This document shows, one piece after another, positions 38,133 to 48,028 of a stretch of 64,000 nucleotides of DNA. Position numbers and translations under genes: made by a program. Source of the DNA: an uncultured Alphaproteobacteria bacterium (GTDB lineage Bacteria > Pseudomonadota > Alphaproteobacteria > Rs-D84); assembly GCA_944389525.1 (NCBI GenBank), contig CALXMR010000002.1:55259-119258 (forward strand), read 5' to 3'. The first letter of the stretch is position 1. Every line of letters begins with the position of its first letter. The notes beneath the pieces are model-generated. The model ran no database searches and was not told the DNA's origin. It worked only from the letters and a program-made list of their open reading frames with translations.

Positions 38133-38951
38133 CTATTTTTGTTTAGTAATAATTTCTGCCTTGTGTTTTTGTAATGCAATTTCAGATGTTTTGAAATCGT
38201 AAAAATCACGCAGTTTTTTCACCCATGCTTGTATTTCTGATGTGCTTAACTGTCTTGGTTGGTATCTTGCTGCAAAGGCGTTTTCGATCTTTTTCAATTG
38301 TGTAATATTGTTTTTTTTCGGCAACGGTGGCACTTTTTTATCCAAGCGAACAACATTATTTTGTCTGAGTATTATATAAGAATTCAGACCGCCGCCCTCT
38401 GTAAAATTGGGGTATGTAAAACCGTTTATGCCAACAGACTCTAAAAACAAAATCATGCGTTGATAAAATAAATTTTCATTTGTTGGTTGGCTATACAGAT
38501 TTTCCAACGATAATTCTTGTTGAATAGAATCTAGTGCAATCTGCTCGCGTATAAAATCATATTGGTATGGCAGTTTCTTTGTTGCCGCAACTTTACATTT
38601 TTGCTCTATCTCTTTCCACGGAATTAACGAATTTATGTCGTCAATAATAGATTTGTCTAATAGCAGCGTCAATATTATTGCCTGCCAGTCATCTGTATAG
38701 TGATTATTCAAATCGGGAATTTCAACATAGTTTCCGCGTTTGAAATTAACGGGGATTATCTTTGGCTTGTTTATATCGATGTTTTTGTCGCGTTTCCATT
38801 TGCCTTCATTCAGCACTCTTTTTGCGGCATACTCTGTTCCAAAGTGCGTAAGAGGAAAGAAATAATCAAAATCATAATAAGTTCCATGGAATGCGGTTAT
38901 CACATTTCCATTGTTATCTGTTAAAAGTTGTGTTCCTTGTGTCATGCGCAA
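38133..38951 (-). CDS. Hypothetical protein resembling the ART-PolyVal (polyvalent-protein ADP-ribosyltransferase-like) domain
   Basis: 272 aa. NVITAFHGTYYDFDYFFPLTHFGTEYAAKR near the N-terminus and GINGFTYPNFTEGGGLNSYIILRQNNV later resemble, from memory, the HGT...F..F and G(Y)DG..Y.N..E....S.IVF motifs of that family. Confidence 0.35.
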   Translation of the reverse strand: MRMTQGTQLLTDNNGNVITAFHGTYYDFDYFFPLTHFGTEYAAKRVLNEGKWKRDKNIDINKPKIIPVNFKRGNYVEIPDLNNHYTDDWQAIILTLLLDKSIIDDINSLIPWKEIEQKCKVAATKKLPYQYDFIREQIALDSIQQELSLENLYSQPTNENLFYQRMILFLESVGINGFTYPNFTEGGGLNSYIILRQNNVVRLDKKVPPLPKKNNITQLKKIENAFAARYQPRQLSTSEIQAWVKKLRDFYDFKTSEIALQKHKAEIITKQK

Positions 38952-39169
38952 ATTATATAACGATTTTCACATTTTTTCACGCAAAATCATAAAAGTATTG
39001 AAAAACTGACAAAAACACCGCCCAAACGGACGATGAATCAGATTTGGCAGGGCCATCTGTGCAAATCACGAACTGATAATATACATGAATTGTTGTTGTT
39101 CGGGAAAGAAATGAAAATATTTTTGCAAATTTTGTGATATAATTAAGGGAAATACTACAAGGTTATTAC

Positions 39170-39940
39170 ATGAAACTAACTTGGCAACAAAAAGATTTTG
39201 AAAGAGATTTAGATTTTATACTGTTCCACCAGAAAGACGGAACGACTGTCTGGTGGCAAAAGCAATTGTTCAAGGTATACCCTGATTTGAATTATGAATA
39301 TGCTATATCTTTACCAGAAGAAAAAAGATTTGAATATATTACTGAACAAATGAAGATTCAGGCGGGGAAAAGAAAACCAATCATAGCAAACTCTATAAAT
39401 ATGTTTAGTACAGAATGGAAAAAAATAGCAGATAAATTGAATAGTGCATACAGTTCTGCTTTTGATAATGATTGCAGTGGTATTTTGGATGATATGGTTG
39501 CTGAGGTTGGATTAAACCCAATTTGCCCGCGTGATATTAAAACCCATACTTTTGATATTTATCATTATTTTGACCCAACGTATGCAATGACAACGGCATT
39601 ACATGAAATAACCCATTTTGCTTGGTTCTATTTCTGGAATAAGTATTTTAACGATAATCCTTCTGAATATGATTTTCCAAATATCAAATGGTTGTTGTCA
39701 GAGATAGTCGTTGAAACCATTATTCGTAATTCAGATATAAATGATTTAATAGAACAACCAAAATATATTGCTTATTCATACTTCTACGACATGACAATAA
39801 AGGGCGAATTAATTTTTGATACCATGAAAAAATTTTATCTGAACCGTAAAGATATTTATGATTTTATGGAAAAGTCGTTTAATTTTGTTCAGCAAAATGA
39901 ACCAGAATTACGAGAGAAAATAGCAGAAGCAGAAAAATAA
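39170..39940 (+). CDS. Hypothetical protein with HExxH motif
   Basis: 256 aa with TALHEITHFAWFY. AT-rich and divergent from 38133-38951. Confidence 0.45.
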   Translation: MKLTWQQKDFERDLDFILFHQKDGTTVWWQKQLFKVYPDLNYEYAISLPEEKRFEYITEQMKIQAGKRKPIIANSINMFSTEWKKIADKLNSAYSSAFDNDCSGILDDMVAEVGLNPICPRDIKTHTFDIYHYFDPTYAMTTALHEITHFAWFYFWNKYFNDNPSEYDFPNIKWLLSEIVVETIIRNSDINDLIEQPKYIAYSYFYDMTIKGELIFDTMKKFYLNRKDIYDFMEKSFNFVQQNEPELREKIAEAEK

Positions 39941-40110
39941 TTCAAATACCCACAATGTATACGAACTGCGCAAAAGGTTTAGATTTCTAACCTTTTCTTT
40001 TTAAAAGTTCGTAAATGCGTAAAACAGGCACGGGTTTTACCACCCAACTTACGAACTCATGAAAGTGTTGGAAAACAAAGAAAAAACCGCAAAAATGCGG
40101 TTTTGATTTT

Positions 40111-40186
40111 TGGCAGCCCCAACCAGATTCGAACTGGTGTTCTCGCCTTGAAAGGGCGGTGTCCTGGGCCTCTAGACGATGGGGCC
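40111..40186 (-). tRNA. tRNA-Glu (anticodon TTC)
   Basis: Reverse complement is GGCCCCATCGTCTAGAGGCCCAGGACACCGCCCTTTCAAGGCGAGAACACCAGTTCGAATCTGGTTGGGGCTGCCA. It closely resembles canonical bacterial tRNA-Glu. Confidence 0.9.
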
Positions 40187-40288
40187 AAAACTGCCATTTA
40201 AATGATTTTATTCAAACCAAACGCTGGCAAATTATAACTGGCGCGGCAGTCTTTGTCAAGACAAAATACCACCGCGCCATATTTTTTA

Positions 40289-40777
40289 TTATTCTGCCGT
40301 TTTTGTTTCCGGTTCGGCGGCAACTGGGATTGCAATTGCGTCTGCTGGCGCTTCTTCGACAACGGCGGCTTCTTCAACGACTTCTGCGGTTGGTTCAACC
40401 TGTTGAAATACAATTTCTTTGCCATCCGCATTTTTCAGCGTCAACCGACCATCTTTTAAATCATATGTTTCAACTGTTGTCATGAACTGGAAATAATCTT
40501 GTTCTGTCTGCATTGCATCCATTGGCCCCATCATCATGGTTGATGCGAATGGACTGAATTTGATTTGATTGCCGTTTACTTCGTATGAACCGTTATACAG
40601 ATTTACAACCTGGCCATTTACGCGCATTTCATTTGCATCGAACGACAATGTGATGTCTGTTCCCGCCCCAGATGCGATAAAGTTTGCACCCTTTAACAAT
40701 TCTGGATTTGGTGTGTTATCACCGCATGCCGCCAACGCCAATACGCCGGCCAATACTGCAAATGGTTTTATATTCAT
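40289..40777 (-). CDS. META-domain (HslJ-like) lipoprotein
   Basis: Lipobox LALAACG, then NGSYEVNGNQIKFSPFASTMMMGPMDAMQTEQDYFQFM...YDLKDGRLTL, a META-domain pattern. The tail is acidic and A/E/V-rich. Confidence 0.7.
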   Translation of the reverse strand: MNIKPFAVLAGVLALAACGDNTPNPELLKGANFIASGAGTDITLSFDANEMRVNGQVVNLYNGSYEVNGNQIKFSPFASTMMMGPMDAMQTEQDYFQFMTTVETYDLKDGRLTLKNADGKEIVFQQVEPTAEVVEEAAVVEEAPADAIAIPVAAEPETKTAE

Positions 40778-40865
40778 TGTGTTTCCTTTCGTTTTTATTT
40801 TAACCCACTTAATTATACCAACACAATGGTTTATATCAACAGAATATTATTCCGATACTAAAAAT

Positions 40866-40887
40866 AAAAAACGCACCATGCGGTGCG
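40866..40887 (-). terminator. Rho-independent terminator downstream of tRNA-Asp
   Basis: On the minus strand it reads cgcacc-gcat-ggtgcg-tttttt. Confidence 0.6.
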
Positions 40888-40894
40888 AAATTAC

Positions 40895-40972
40895 TGGCGG
40901 GATTGACGGGGCTCGAACCCGCGACCTTCTGCGTGACAGGCAGACGCTCTAAACCAGCTGAGCTACAACCCC
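40895..40972 (-). tRNA. tRNA-Asp (anticodon GTC)
   Basis: Reverse complement is GGGGTTGTAGCTCAGCTGGTTTAGAGCGTCTGCCTGTCACGCAGAAGGTCGCGGGTTCGAGCCCCGTCAATCCCGCCA. Confidence 0.9.
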
Positions 40973-41081
40973 TGTAAAGCAAGGCATATATTATACTGTT
41001 CTTGGAATAAATGCAAGCAGTTTTTTTATAAAATTCATAAAAGACCAGATGCCAAAAAAAACGGGGCAGGCGCCCCGTTTC

Positions 41082-42083
41082 TTATTTTATCAACTTGCCC
41101 ATGGCCACAGCGGTATCACCCATGCGGTTTGAAAATCCCCATTCGTTATCATACCATGCGGTCACATGAACCAGTTTGTCACCCAAAACCTTGGTCTGGG
41201 ATGCGTCAAAGATTGAACTGTGTGCGTCACCCTTGAAATCGACCGAAACCAATGGTTTATCATTATATCCAAATGTTTTAGATTCAGCAGCACGCATCGC
41301 GGCGTTAACTTCATCCACGGTTGCATTTTTGGCCAAGTTTACAACCAGTTCGACAACCGATACATCGGGTGTTGGTACGCGAATTGCCATACCATCCAAT
41401 TTTCCCGCCAACTGGGGCAGAACCAGTCCAATTGCCTTGGCGGCACCGGTGCTGGTTGGAATCATGGACAGCGCGGCTGCGCGTGCGCGGCGGAAATCCT
41501 TGTGATTTTTATCCAGCAATTGTTGGTCGCCAGTATATGCATGAACTGTTGTCATCCACCCAGATTCAATTCCGAACGCATTGTCCAGAACCTGGGCCAC
41601 TGGGGCCAGACAGTTTGTCGTGCATGACGCATTGGATACAATCAAATCGTCCGCGGTCAGTGTATCTTGGTTAACGCCAAACACAATTGTTTTGTCGGCA
41701 CCACTGGACGGCGCAGATACCAATACGCGTTTTGCACCACAGTCCAGGTGAACACGCGCCTTGTCCGCGGCGGTAAAGATACCTGTGCATTCCATCACGA
41801 TATCGATATCCATCGCACGCCACGGCAATTTTGTTGGGTCTTTTTCTGCGATGCACTGTATTTTCTGGTTGCCAACAATGATGTATTCGCCATCCAGTTT
41901 GACATCCATTGGCAATTTGCCGTGCACAGAATCATACTGTAACAAATATGCGTTTTGTTCCGCCGGTGCCAGATCGTTCACCGCAACAAATTCAATATCG
42001 TCACGACCAGATACCAACGCCGCACGCAGAACCAAACGGCCAATACGACCAAAACCGTTTATTGCAACTCTTACTTTTGACAT
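41082..42083 (-). CDS. gap: Glyceraldehyde-3-phosphate dehydrogenase
   Basis: VAINGFGRIGRLVLRA and SNASCTTNCLAP active-site motifs in a 333-aa protein. Confidence 0.95.
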   Translation of the reverse strand: MSKVRVAINGFGRIGRLVLRAALVSGRDDIEFVAVNDLAPAEQNAYLLQYDSVHGKLPMDVKLDGEYIIVGNQKIQCIAEKDPTKLPWRAMDIDIVMECTGIFTAADKARVHLDCGAKRVLVSAPSSGADKTIVFGVNQDTLTADDLIVSNASCTTNCLAPVAQVLDNAFGIESGWMTTVHAYTGDQQLLDKNHKDFRRARAAALSMIPTSTGAAKAIGLVLPQLAGKLDGMAIRVPTPDVSVVELVVNLAKNATVDEVNAAMRAAESKTFGYNDKPLVSVDFKGDAHSSIFDASQTKVLGDKLVHVTAWYDNEWGFSNRMGDTAVAMGKLIK

Positions 42084-42215
42084 AATATATTCCTTTCGTT
42101 TTTTCTTTTATTGGACGGGTGTATTTTATCATCCTGGGAAAATAGTGCAATCTGAAAATTCAATTGTGGTTGTGGGGGCTTGAATTCTGGTGGTTGCGTG
42201 TTATAATCCGCACAA

Positions 42216-43097
42216 ATGATACAACGCACTGCATATATTATTGCCGGACCAACCGCATCAGGCAAATCTGATTTTGCCCATGCGCTGGCGCGCAAAATTG
42301 GTGGTACAATCATAAATTGTGACAGCGTTCAAATATATCGTGGTATTGAAAATATATCGGCCAGTCCATTTGCCGCCCATCCAATCACAGACGAAATAGA
42401 CGGCGTGCCGTATCGGTTGTTTTCTGTACTGGAATTGGCGAAACAAATCAGTGTCGCAGACTACCTGGGGTACGCACGGCGTGAATATGACGCGGCACAT
42501 GCATCAGGGCGCGTGCCAATTTTTGTTGGCGGCACCGGATATTATATAAATGCGATTTTACACGGCATATCCCCCATGCCAGATATTTCAGATGATGTGC
42601 GCCGGCGCGCGCGCGAACTGGTGGCCACAGATATGACGGCGGCGCGCCAGATGTTGCCACCTGAATTTACCGCCACCGATCCCCAGCGGGTTGCCCGTGC
42701 CCTTGAAGTGTTTTTGCAAACAGGCCGTCACTTAATTGAATGGCAATCGGTGCCGCGCACTGGTGCCGTAGCCCCGGGTGCGTATAAAATCCTGATAAAT
42801 CCATCGGGTGATGTTTTGCGCAATCGCATCGCTGTGCGCATTCCAAAAATGATGGCGGGCGGGGCACTGGACGAAGCGCGCACAATAATATCCCATAACT
42901 GGGATTGCACGCGCGCAATTGGTGCGGCGCAACTGTGTGCATATCTGCGCGGGGCGATGACATTGGACGAATGTGTCCAGAATTGGATTACAAAAACAAA
43001 TCAATATGCAAAAAGACAGCGAACTTGGTTTCGTACCCAGTTCGCTGCGGATATTGAATTGCGTGACGAAAACGCAATTAATACTTTTTTACAGTAA
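42216..43097 (+). CDS. miaA: tRNA dimethylallyltransferase
   Basis: IIAGPTASGKS P-loop, then DSVQIYRG and GGTGYY motifs. Confidence 0.9.
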   Translation: MIQRTAYIIAGPTASGKSDFAHALARKIGGTIINCDSVQIYRGIENISASPFAAHPITDEIDGVPYRLFSVLELAKQISVADYLGYARREYDAAHASGRVPIFVGGTGYYINAILHGISPMPDISDDVRRRARELVATDMTAARQMLPPEFTATDPQRVARALEVFLQTGRHLIEWQSVPRTGAVAPGAYKILINPSGDVLRNRIAVRIPKMMAGGALDEARTIISHNWDCTRAIGAAQLCAYLRGAMTLDECVQNWITKTNQYAKRQRTWFRTQFAADIELRDENAINTFLQ

Positions 43098-43617
43098 TGG
43101 TTTCAACAAATTGAATCTGAATTTGTTTTGCACCTGCAAATTGGCGTTTGGTGTCTGCCATCCGTTTGGCGGCGCCCACAGATGGCCGCTTTTGTGGTTT
43201 GCGTTTGGTATACCGGGCCGTGGCCTGGCGTATCAGCAGATTTTGGATATACGCAGACTGTTCGTACAGTGCGGATTCCAGTACTTGTTTGGCCTTTTTA
43301 CGGGTCATGGTGTCCGAACTTCGCATGGTGTATGCCGATAAATAATCAGACATTAATTTTACCAACGCGCGTAAAAATTGGGGGTTGGTCGAATTTGAAT
43401 CGCGCGCGTCCAGTGTTCGAATGTACATTTTTGTCTGGAAAATCAAAAAGTCTTCGATTTTTTTGCTGTATGGAAATGTGTAACGCCATGTATTGCGTAT
43501 TTCTTTTGGGTCTGAATATGATGGCCCATATTCAGTCACAACAATTTGTGTAATATATTTGACATATTGTGCAAACAGACGCTGGGCCGCGCTTTGCTGG
43601 TTTTGATTTTTGTTCAT
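43078..43617 (-). CDS. Hypothetical protein
   Basis: 179-aa ORF with a basic C-terminus and no recognisable motif. It is convergent with miaA and overlaps it by 20 nt. Confidence 0.4.
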   Translation of the reverse strand: MNKNQNQQSAAQRLFAQYVKYITQIVVTEYGPSYSDPKEIRNTWRYTFPYSKKIEDFLIFQTKMYIRTLDARDSNSTNPQFLRALVKLMSDYLSAYTMRSSDTMTRKKAKQVLESALYEQSAYIQNLLIRQATARYTKRKPQKRPSVGAAKRMADTKRQFAGAKQIQIQFVETITVKKY

Positions 43618-43708
43618 CGTATTTCGTTCCTTGGTATATTATAAAAATAGAACAATTTTGTTGTAATACAAAAATACGATTTTGTCAATATATTTGTTGC
43701 GAGAAAGA

Positions 43709-44440
43709 TTATTTTGCTGTTTTTGTGGTGGCCATGGCGTTGTATTGGGCGATAATTATGCCTTGGATTCCAGATTCCCTGATTTTCTTGGAAAAGCGCA
43801 CGGTATTGTTAAATTCCGTGGTCAACAATCCCCACCCGGCATATTCCCAATCAATCAGTCCGACAATTCGCATCGTTTTATTATCGACAATCAGGTTATT
43901 GCATATATCATTATGATTCCATCCGTCCCCATCGCGTGGCCCACGCATATTATCCAGTGTACCCGGTCGTGCATTATGTACGGCGTATATGAATTCGGCA
44001 ATTTGTGCACCCCACTGTGGCGCATGCGATTTTATCGTTCGCGCAGAATAAGTATTTAAATTTCTGCCTGGAATAAAATCATATTTGTAAAAGATATATC
44101 CGTCTGCATCGACTATATCAATTTTCGGTATGCGCAGTGGCGATATGTTACGAAATGCGTCTGTGATTTGTTTTTCCCGCATGATTTTTTCTGTTGGGGT
44201 GGATTTATCAAAGCGTTTTCTGATTTTAAAGACATATTTTTTATCAACAATAAATCCGATATTCCATCCGCCTTTTATCATTTTTGTACGGCGAAAGTTC
44301 AATCCTGGATATTTTTTGCGCAATGCGTTATATTTTCTGCGCCAATCAAACAGTTGTTCTGTGCGGATTTTGTTGCGTATGCGGCGGCTGGGGATAAAAT
44401 TGCATAAAAAATCGCATATTTCAAAAAACAGTTTCCACAT
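43709..44440 (-). CDS. Aminoglycoside-phosphotransferase-fold (APH/choline-kinase-like) kinase
   Basis: The catalytic loop WNHNDICNNLIVD is followed by GLIDWEYAGWG. The start was moved to MWKLFFE (44440) because the 44740 start would overlap priA by 230 nt. Confidence 0.6.
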   Translation of the reverse strand: MWKLFFEICDFLCNFIPSRRIRNKIRTEQLFDWRRKYNALRKKYPGLNFRRTKMIKGGWNIGFIVDKKYVFKIRKRFDKSTPTEKIMREKQITDAFRNISPLRIPKIDIVDADGYIFYKYDFIPGRNLNTYSARTIKSHAPQWGAQIAEFIYAVHNARPGTLDNMRGPRDGDGWNHNDICNNLIVDNKTMRIVGLIDWEYAGWGLLTTEFNNTVRFSKKIRESGIQGIIIAQYNAMATTKTAK

Positions 44441-44509
44441 AATAACACTCTTGTAAAATACAAAAATAATGGTATTGAAAAAATCAAAAAAAGCAAGTAA
44501 CTTGTAATT

Positions 44510-46720
44510 ATGTTTAACGCGGGTGATATTGTAAAGGTCTTGATTCCAAATGTTGTAAACACTGGTTACGATTACCGGTTGACTGCGCCGGCCGAACTGG
44601 GGACATTTGTTCGCGTTAATGTTATGCGCCGTCCATATATCGGTGTTGTTTATGGCGTTGGGGACAGTGGCCTGGGGGCTGATAAGATTCGTGACACAAC
44701 GGATGTGTTTCCATATCGGTTGTCTGTGGCCGACCTGCAATGGATTCAGAAGATGTCGACATGGACACTGATGACACCGGGCGCGGTATTGCGGTTGATT
44801 GTGAATGTGCCTGATGCGTTTGCGCCGCCGCGTATGGAACAGTTATATGAATACGATTTTGATGCGAAATTACGCATGACTGATGCACGCCAGGCGGTTG
44901 CCGATGCATTTGCATCTAATGATAACGAACCCATGTCGGCCCCAGATATACAAAACATTGCGCATGTTGGTGCATCGGTTGTTCGTACGATGATATCGCG
45001 TGGTGTTCTGCGCCCGTGCGCGTGCGTTGCGCGTGATGCACACTCGTTCAATTACCAGTATCACGATATGGGCAATGTTCAATTAAATATGGAACAGTCT
45101 GTGGCGGCCGCGGAAATTGGTGCCGCAATTGATCGTGGTGGGTATTCTGCATTTTTACTGGACGGCATCACCGGCAGTGGCAAGACCCAGGTATATTTTG
45201 ATGCGGCGTGGCGCGCATACAGCCGTGGGGCATCCGTATTACTGATGATGCCAGAAATTGCCCTGACGGCCCAGTTTATATCCCGATACGCCCAGCGGTT
45301 TGGTGCACCGCCTGTGGTGTGGCACAGTAATTTAACTGCGGCCCGCCGGCGCGAGATTTGGCGCGGGGTGTTGCGTGGTGAAATACGAATGGTTGTTGGC
45401 ACGCGCAGTGCGCTGTTCTTGCCATGGCAGAATTTAGGGCTGGTTGTCGTGGACGAAGAACATGATACATCGTATAAACAAGAAGACATGGGCAACTATC
45501 ATGCGCGTGATATGGCGGTCTTGCGTGCCAAGATTGCGGGCTTTCCAATTGTGCTGGCCAGTGCAACCCCATCGGCAGAAACATTGCAAAATGTTGCAGA
45601 TGGTAAATACAGATGTCTGAAACTGGCATCGCGGTTTGGCGGGGCACGACTGCCAACAATTGAAACGATTGATATGCGCCAAAGTCGCCCAGAACCATAC
45701 ACTGTGCCCGGTGATAATGATATGGATTCATCGCCACATGTTGGATATTTGTCACCGGTGTTGTGTGATGCGATTGGGCAGACATTGTCGGCCGGCCGCC
45801 AGGTGATGTTGTTTATAAATCGCCGCGGTTTTGCCCCAATTGTACAGTGTAAAAAATGCGGCTGGGTCGCCCAGTGCCCTGATTGCAGTGTCGGAATGAC
45901 ATATCACAAACAGGTTGGTAAATTAATTTGCCATATGTGTGGCCGCACCAGTCAAATGCCGACCAATTGCCCAGAATGTGGTGATGTGGTATCATGTCGC
46001 GGGGCAGGGCTGGAAAAAATCCAAGAAGAAGTCGCCGCAAAATTCCCAACTGCGCGCACGGCATTGGTATCCAGTGACACGATCATGTCGCGCCAGGCAT
46101 TGGAACGAATTGTTCATAAAATGGAATCTGGTGAACTGGATATCGTTATCGGTACACAAATCCTGGCCAAGGGTCATCATTTTCCTAATTTGACGCTGGT
46201 TGGTGTGGTTGATGCAGACATGGGGCTGTTTGGCACGGATTTTCGTGCCGCCGAACATACATTCCAACAATTGTTCCAGGTTGCCGGTCGTGCCGGTCGT
46301 GGCGAATATCCGGGTCGTGTGCTGTTACAGACTTACCAGCCTGAACACCCGGTCCTGGGGGCGATATGCAGTGGTAATCGCGATGCGTTTATGGCGTCTG
46401 ACATGGCGGCGCGCCGTGCGGCCAAGATGCCACCATACGGTCAACTGGTCGCAGTTATAATCGAGGCGCAGAATGAAAAAACATTAAAAAAATTCTGTTC
46501 GGATTTGGCGGCCGCGGCCCCGATGGCCAATGGGGTAAAAATAATGGGGCCCATCGCCGCCCAGGTGTACCAGGTTCGTAATTGGTACCGCATGCGATTC
46601 TTGGTCGCAGGCGATGCGCGCGCGATGTTACAGCCGTTGGTGCGCCACTGGATGGAACGCGTACGCACGCCATCAAATGTACGCGTAAAACTGGATGTGA
46701 ATCCACAAAATTTTATGTAG
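44510..46720 (+). CDS. priA: Primosomal protein N' (replication-restart helicase)
   Basis: LLDGITGSGKTQVY (Walker A), VVVDEEHD, and the Cys-rich Zn insertion CKKCGW...CPDC...CHMCG...CPECG. Confidence 0.95.
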   Translation: MFNAGDIVKVLIPNVVNTGYDYRLTAPAELGTFVRVNVMRRPYIGVVYGVGDSGLGADKIRDTTDVFPYRLSVADLQWIQKMSTWTLMTPGAVLRLIVNVPDAFAPPRMEQLYEYDFDAKLRMTDARQAVADAFASNDNEPMSAPDIQNIAHVGASVVRTMISRGVLRPCACVARDAHSFNYQYHDMGNVQLNMEQSVAAAEIGAAIDRGGYSAFLLDGITGSGKTQVYFDAAWRAYSRGASVLLMMPEIALTAQFISRYAQRFGAPPVVWHSNLTAARRREIWRGVLRGEIRMVVGTRSALFLPWQNLGLVVVDEEHDTSYKQEDMGNYHARDMAVLRAKIAGFPIVLASATPSAETLQNVADGKYRCLKLASRFGGARLPTIETIDMRQSRPEPYTVPGDNDMDSSPHVGYLSPVLCDAIGQTLSAGRQVMLFINRRGFAPIVQCKKCGWVAQCPDCSVGMTYHKQVGKLICHMCGRTSQMPTNCPECGDVVSCRGAGLEKIQEEVAAKFPTARTALVSSDTIMSRQALERIVHKMESGELDIVIGTQILAKGHHFPNLTLVGVVDADMGLFGTDFRAAEHTFQQLFQVAGRAGRGEYPGRVLLQTYQPEHPVLGAICSGNRDAFMASDMAARRAAKMPPYGQLVAVIIEAQNEKTLKKFCSDLAAAAPMANGVKIMGPIAAQVYQVRNWYRMRFLVAGDARAMLQPLVRHWMERVRTPSNVRVKLDVNPQNFM

Positions 46721-46796
46721 TCTGTTATTTTTATTATCGGCAGACAGGGATTTTATCAGGACGAAAAAACGGTTTCGTATTTTGGAACTATATTTT

Positions 46797-47036
46797 TTAT
46801 CTGGGGTTGCCACGGGTTGAGATTTTTTTTGCGGTAATTAAACGATGTAATTTCTCGACCAGGTCAAAGAATTTTTCAAGTGGGGTTACGGTATTCATCC
46901 ACATTTCTTCTTTTTTTTCGGCCCGTTTCAGTTTTGTATTGTACCATTCTTGTAAAATTTTTTCGCGTTCTTCTGGGGTTTCTGCGGCTTCCAGATGATC
47001 ATACATCCATGGGCTGTTTGTTTTGTTGTTTGACAT
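46797..47036 (-). CDS. Small hypothetical protein (charged, helical)
   Basis: 79-aa ORF, 32 nt downstream of the ATPase gene on the same strand. Confidence 0.35.
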   Translation of the reverse strand: MSNNKTNSPWMYDHLEAAETPEEREKILQEWYNTKLKRAEKKEEMWMNTVTPLEKFFDLVEKLHRLITAKKISTRGNPR

Positions 47037-47068
47037 TTTGTATTCCTTTTTCTGTTGTATCGTTGGTA

Positions 47069-48028
47069 TTATACCACCTCTGTCACGGCACGCAAGGCCC
47101 CATCGCGTGATAATTGCACAACCCGGATTTTCTTTTTCATTTCTGCAATTAAATCGGTGCGGTCATATGCCGGCTGGGTATGCAGAATTCTGTCGGCGAA
47201 TGCGGCATATGCGGCATCGGCACTTTCCGCGTGTATAGTTGTATAAAAGTGGTCGTGCCCCGTCCCCAACATTTCCCACAGCACGGCCGCATTATCGGTT
47301 GATATTTCCCCACCGATAATCACATCTGGGGTCATGCGAACGACCAAATCCAACAGTCTGGCATAGTTAAAATCATTTGTTTGTTCTGTACGCGACAATA
47401 TAAAATGCACACGATTTGCCTGGGGTACGCGGATTTCGCGTGCGTCTTCGACTGTGATAACCCGGCTGTTTTTATCAATCAGGGTCAACATATGATTCAA
47501 GAAAGTCGTTTTCCCTGTGGCGGTTGCCCCGCTGATTAAAATAGGGCTGCCGTCATTGATGGCGTGCATCAGTCTGTCATACGGGTCATCAGGACGCACA
47601 GATTCGCGTGGTTTAACCTTTAACAATTCTTTACCGCGTTCCAAATGATAGTTTTCAAATGATGTGTCTGGGGCCGATGTGCCGCGGATGTTCAGTGCCA
47701 CCCCACCAGTTATATCGCGATCGTCATATTGAACATTTGGCCCGGCGATGGCGGTAAATCGATGATTCCCAGGCAGTGTTGCATAAACCACCGGCATCCC
47801 ATGAATTGGGTCAAATGGGCGTTCATAGATATTTGCAACCGTGTGAATCAAATCAACCAGGTATTGTTTTGTTAAAACCTCTGCATTATATGCAACCCAC
47901 GGGACGCGCGCCCCATGCAGACGCATCCATACTTCGCCCGCGTGATTTATGGCAATTTCTTCTACGAACGATGGTTTATAGAATTCTTCCAGTGGTTTCA
48001 GCAAAGATTCCAAAACAACATTTGTCAT
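47069..48028 (-). CDS. VirB11-like secretion ATPase (T2SS/T4SS GspE-superfamily), orphan
   Basis: Walker A ISGATATGKTTFLN, then VITVEDAREI and DVIIGGEI (Asp/His boxes). At about 319 aa it is of VirB11/TrbB size. The ATG at 48028 is preferred over the TTG at 48064. Confidence 0.7.
   Translation of the reverse strand: MTNVVLESLLKPLEEFYKPSFVEEIAINHAGEVWMRLHGARVPWVAYNAEVLTKQYLVDLIHTVANIYERPFDPIHGMPVVYATLPGNHRFTAIAGPNVQYDDRDITGGVALNIRGTSAPDTSFENYHLERGKELLKVKPRESVRPDDPYDRLMHAINDGSPILISGATATGKTTFLNHMLTLIDKNSRVITVEDAREIRVPQANRVHFILSRTEQTNDFNYARLLDLVVRMTPDVIIGGEISTDNAAVLWEMLGTGHDHFYTTIHAESADAAYAAFADRILHTQPAYDRTDLIAEMKKKIRVVQLSRDGALRAVTEVV

Noticed and set aside
36087-40186. A bona fide integrated genomic island at tRNA-Glu.
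   Set aside because: No integrase or recombinase is present, and I could not find a direct repeat of the tRNA-Glu 3' end by eye. It is reported only as a compositionally distinct islet.
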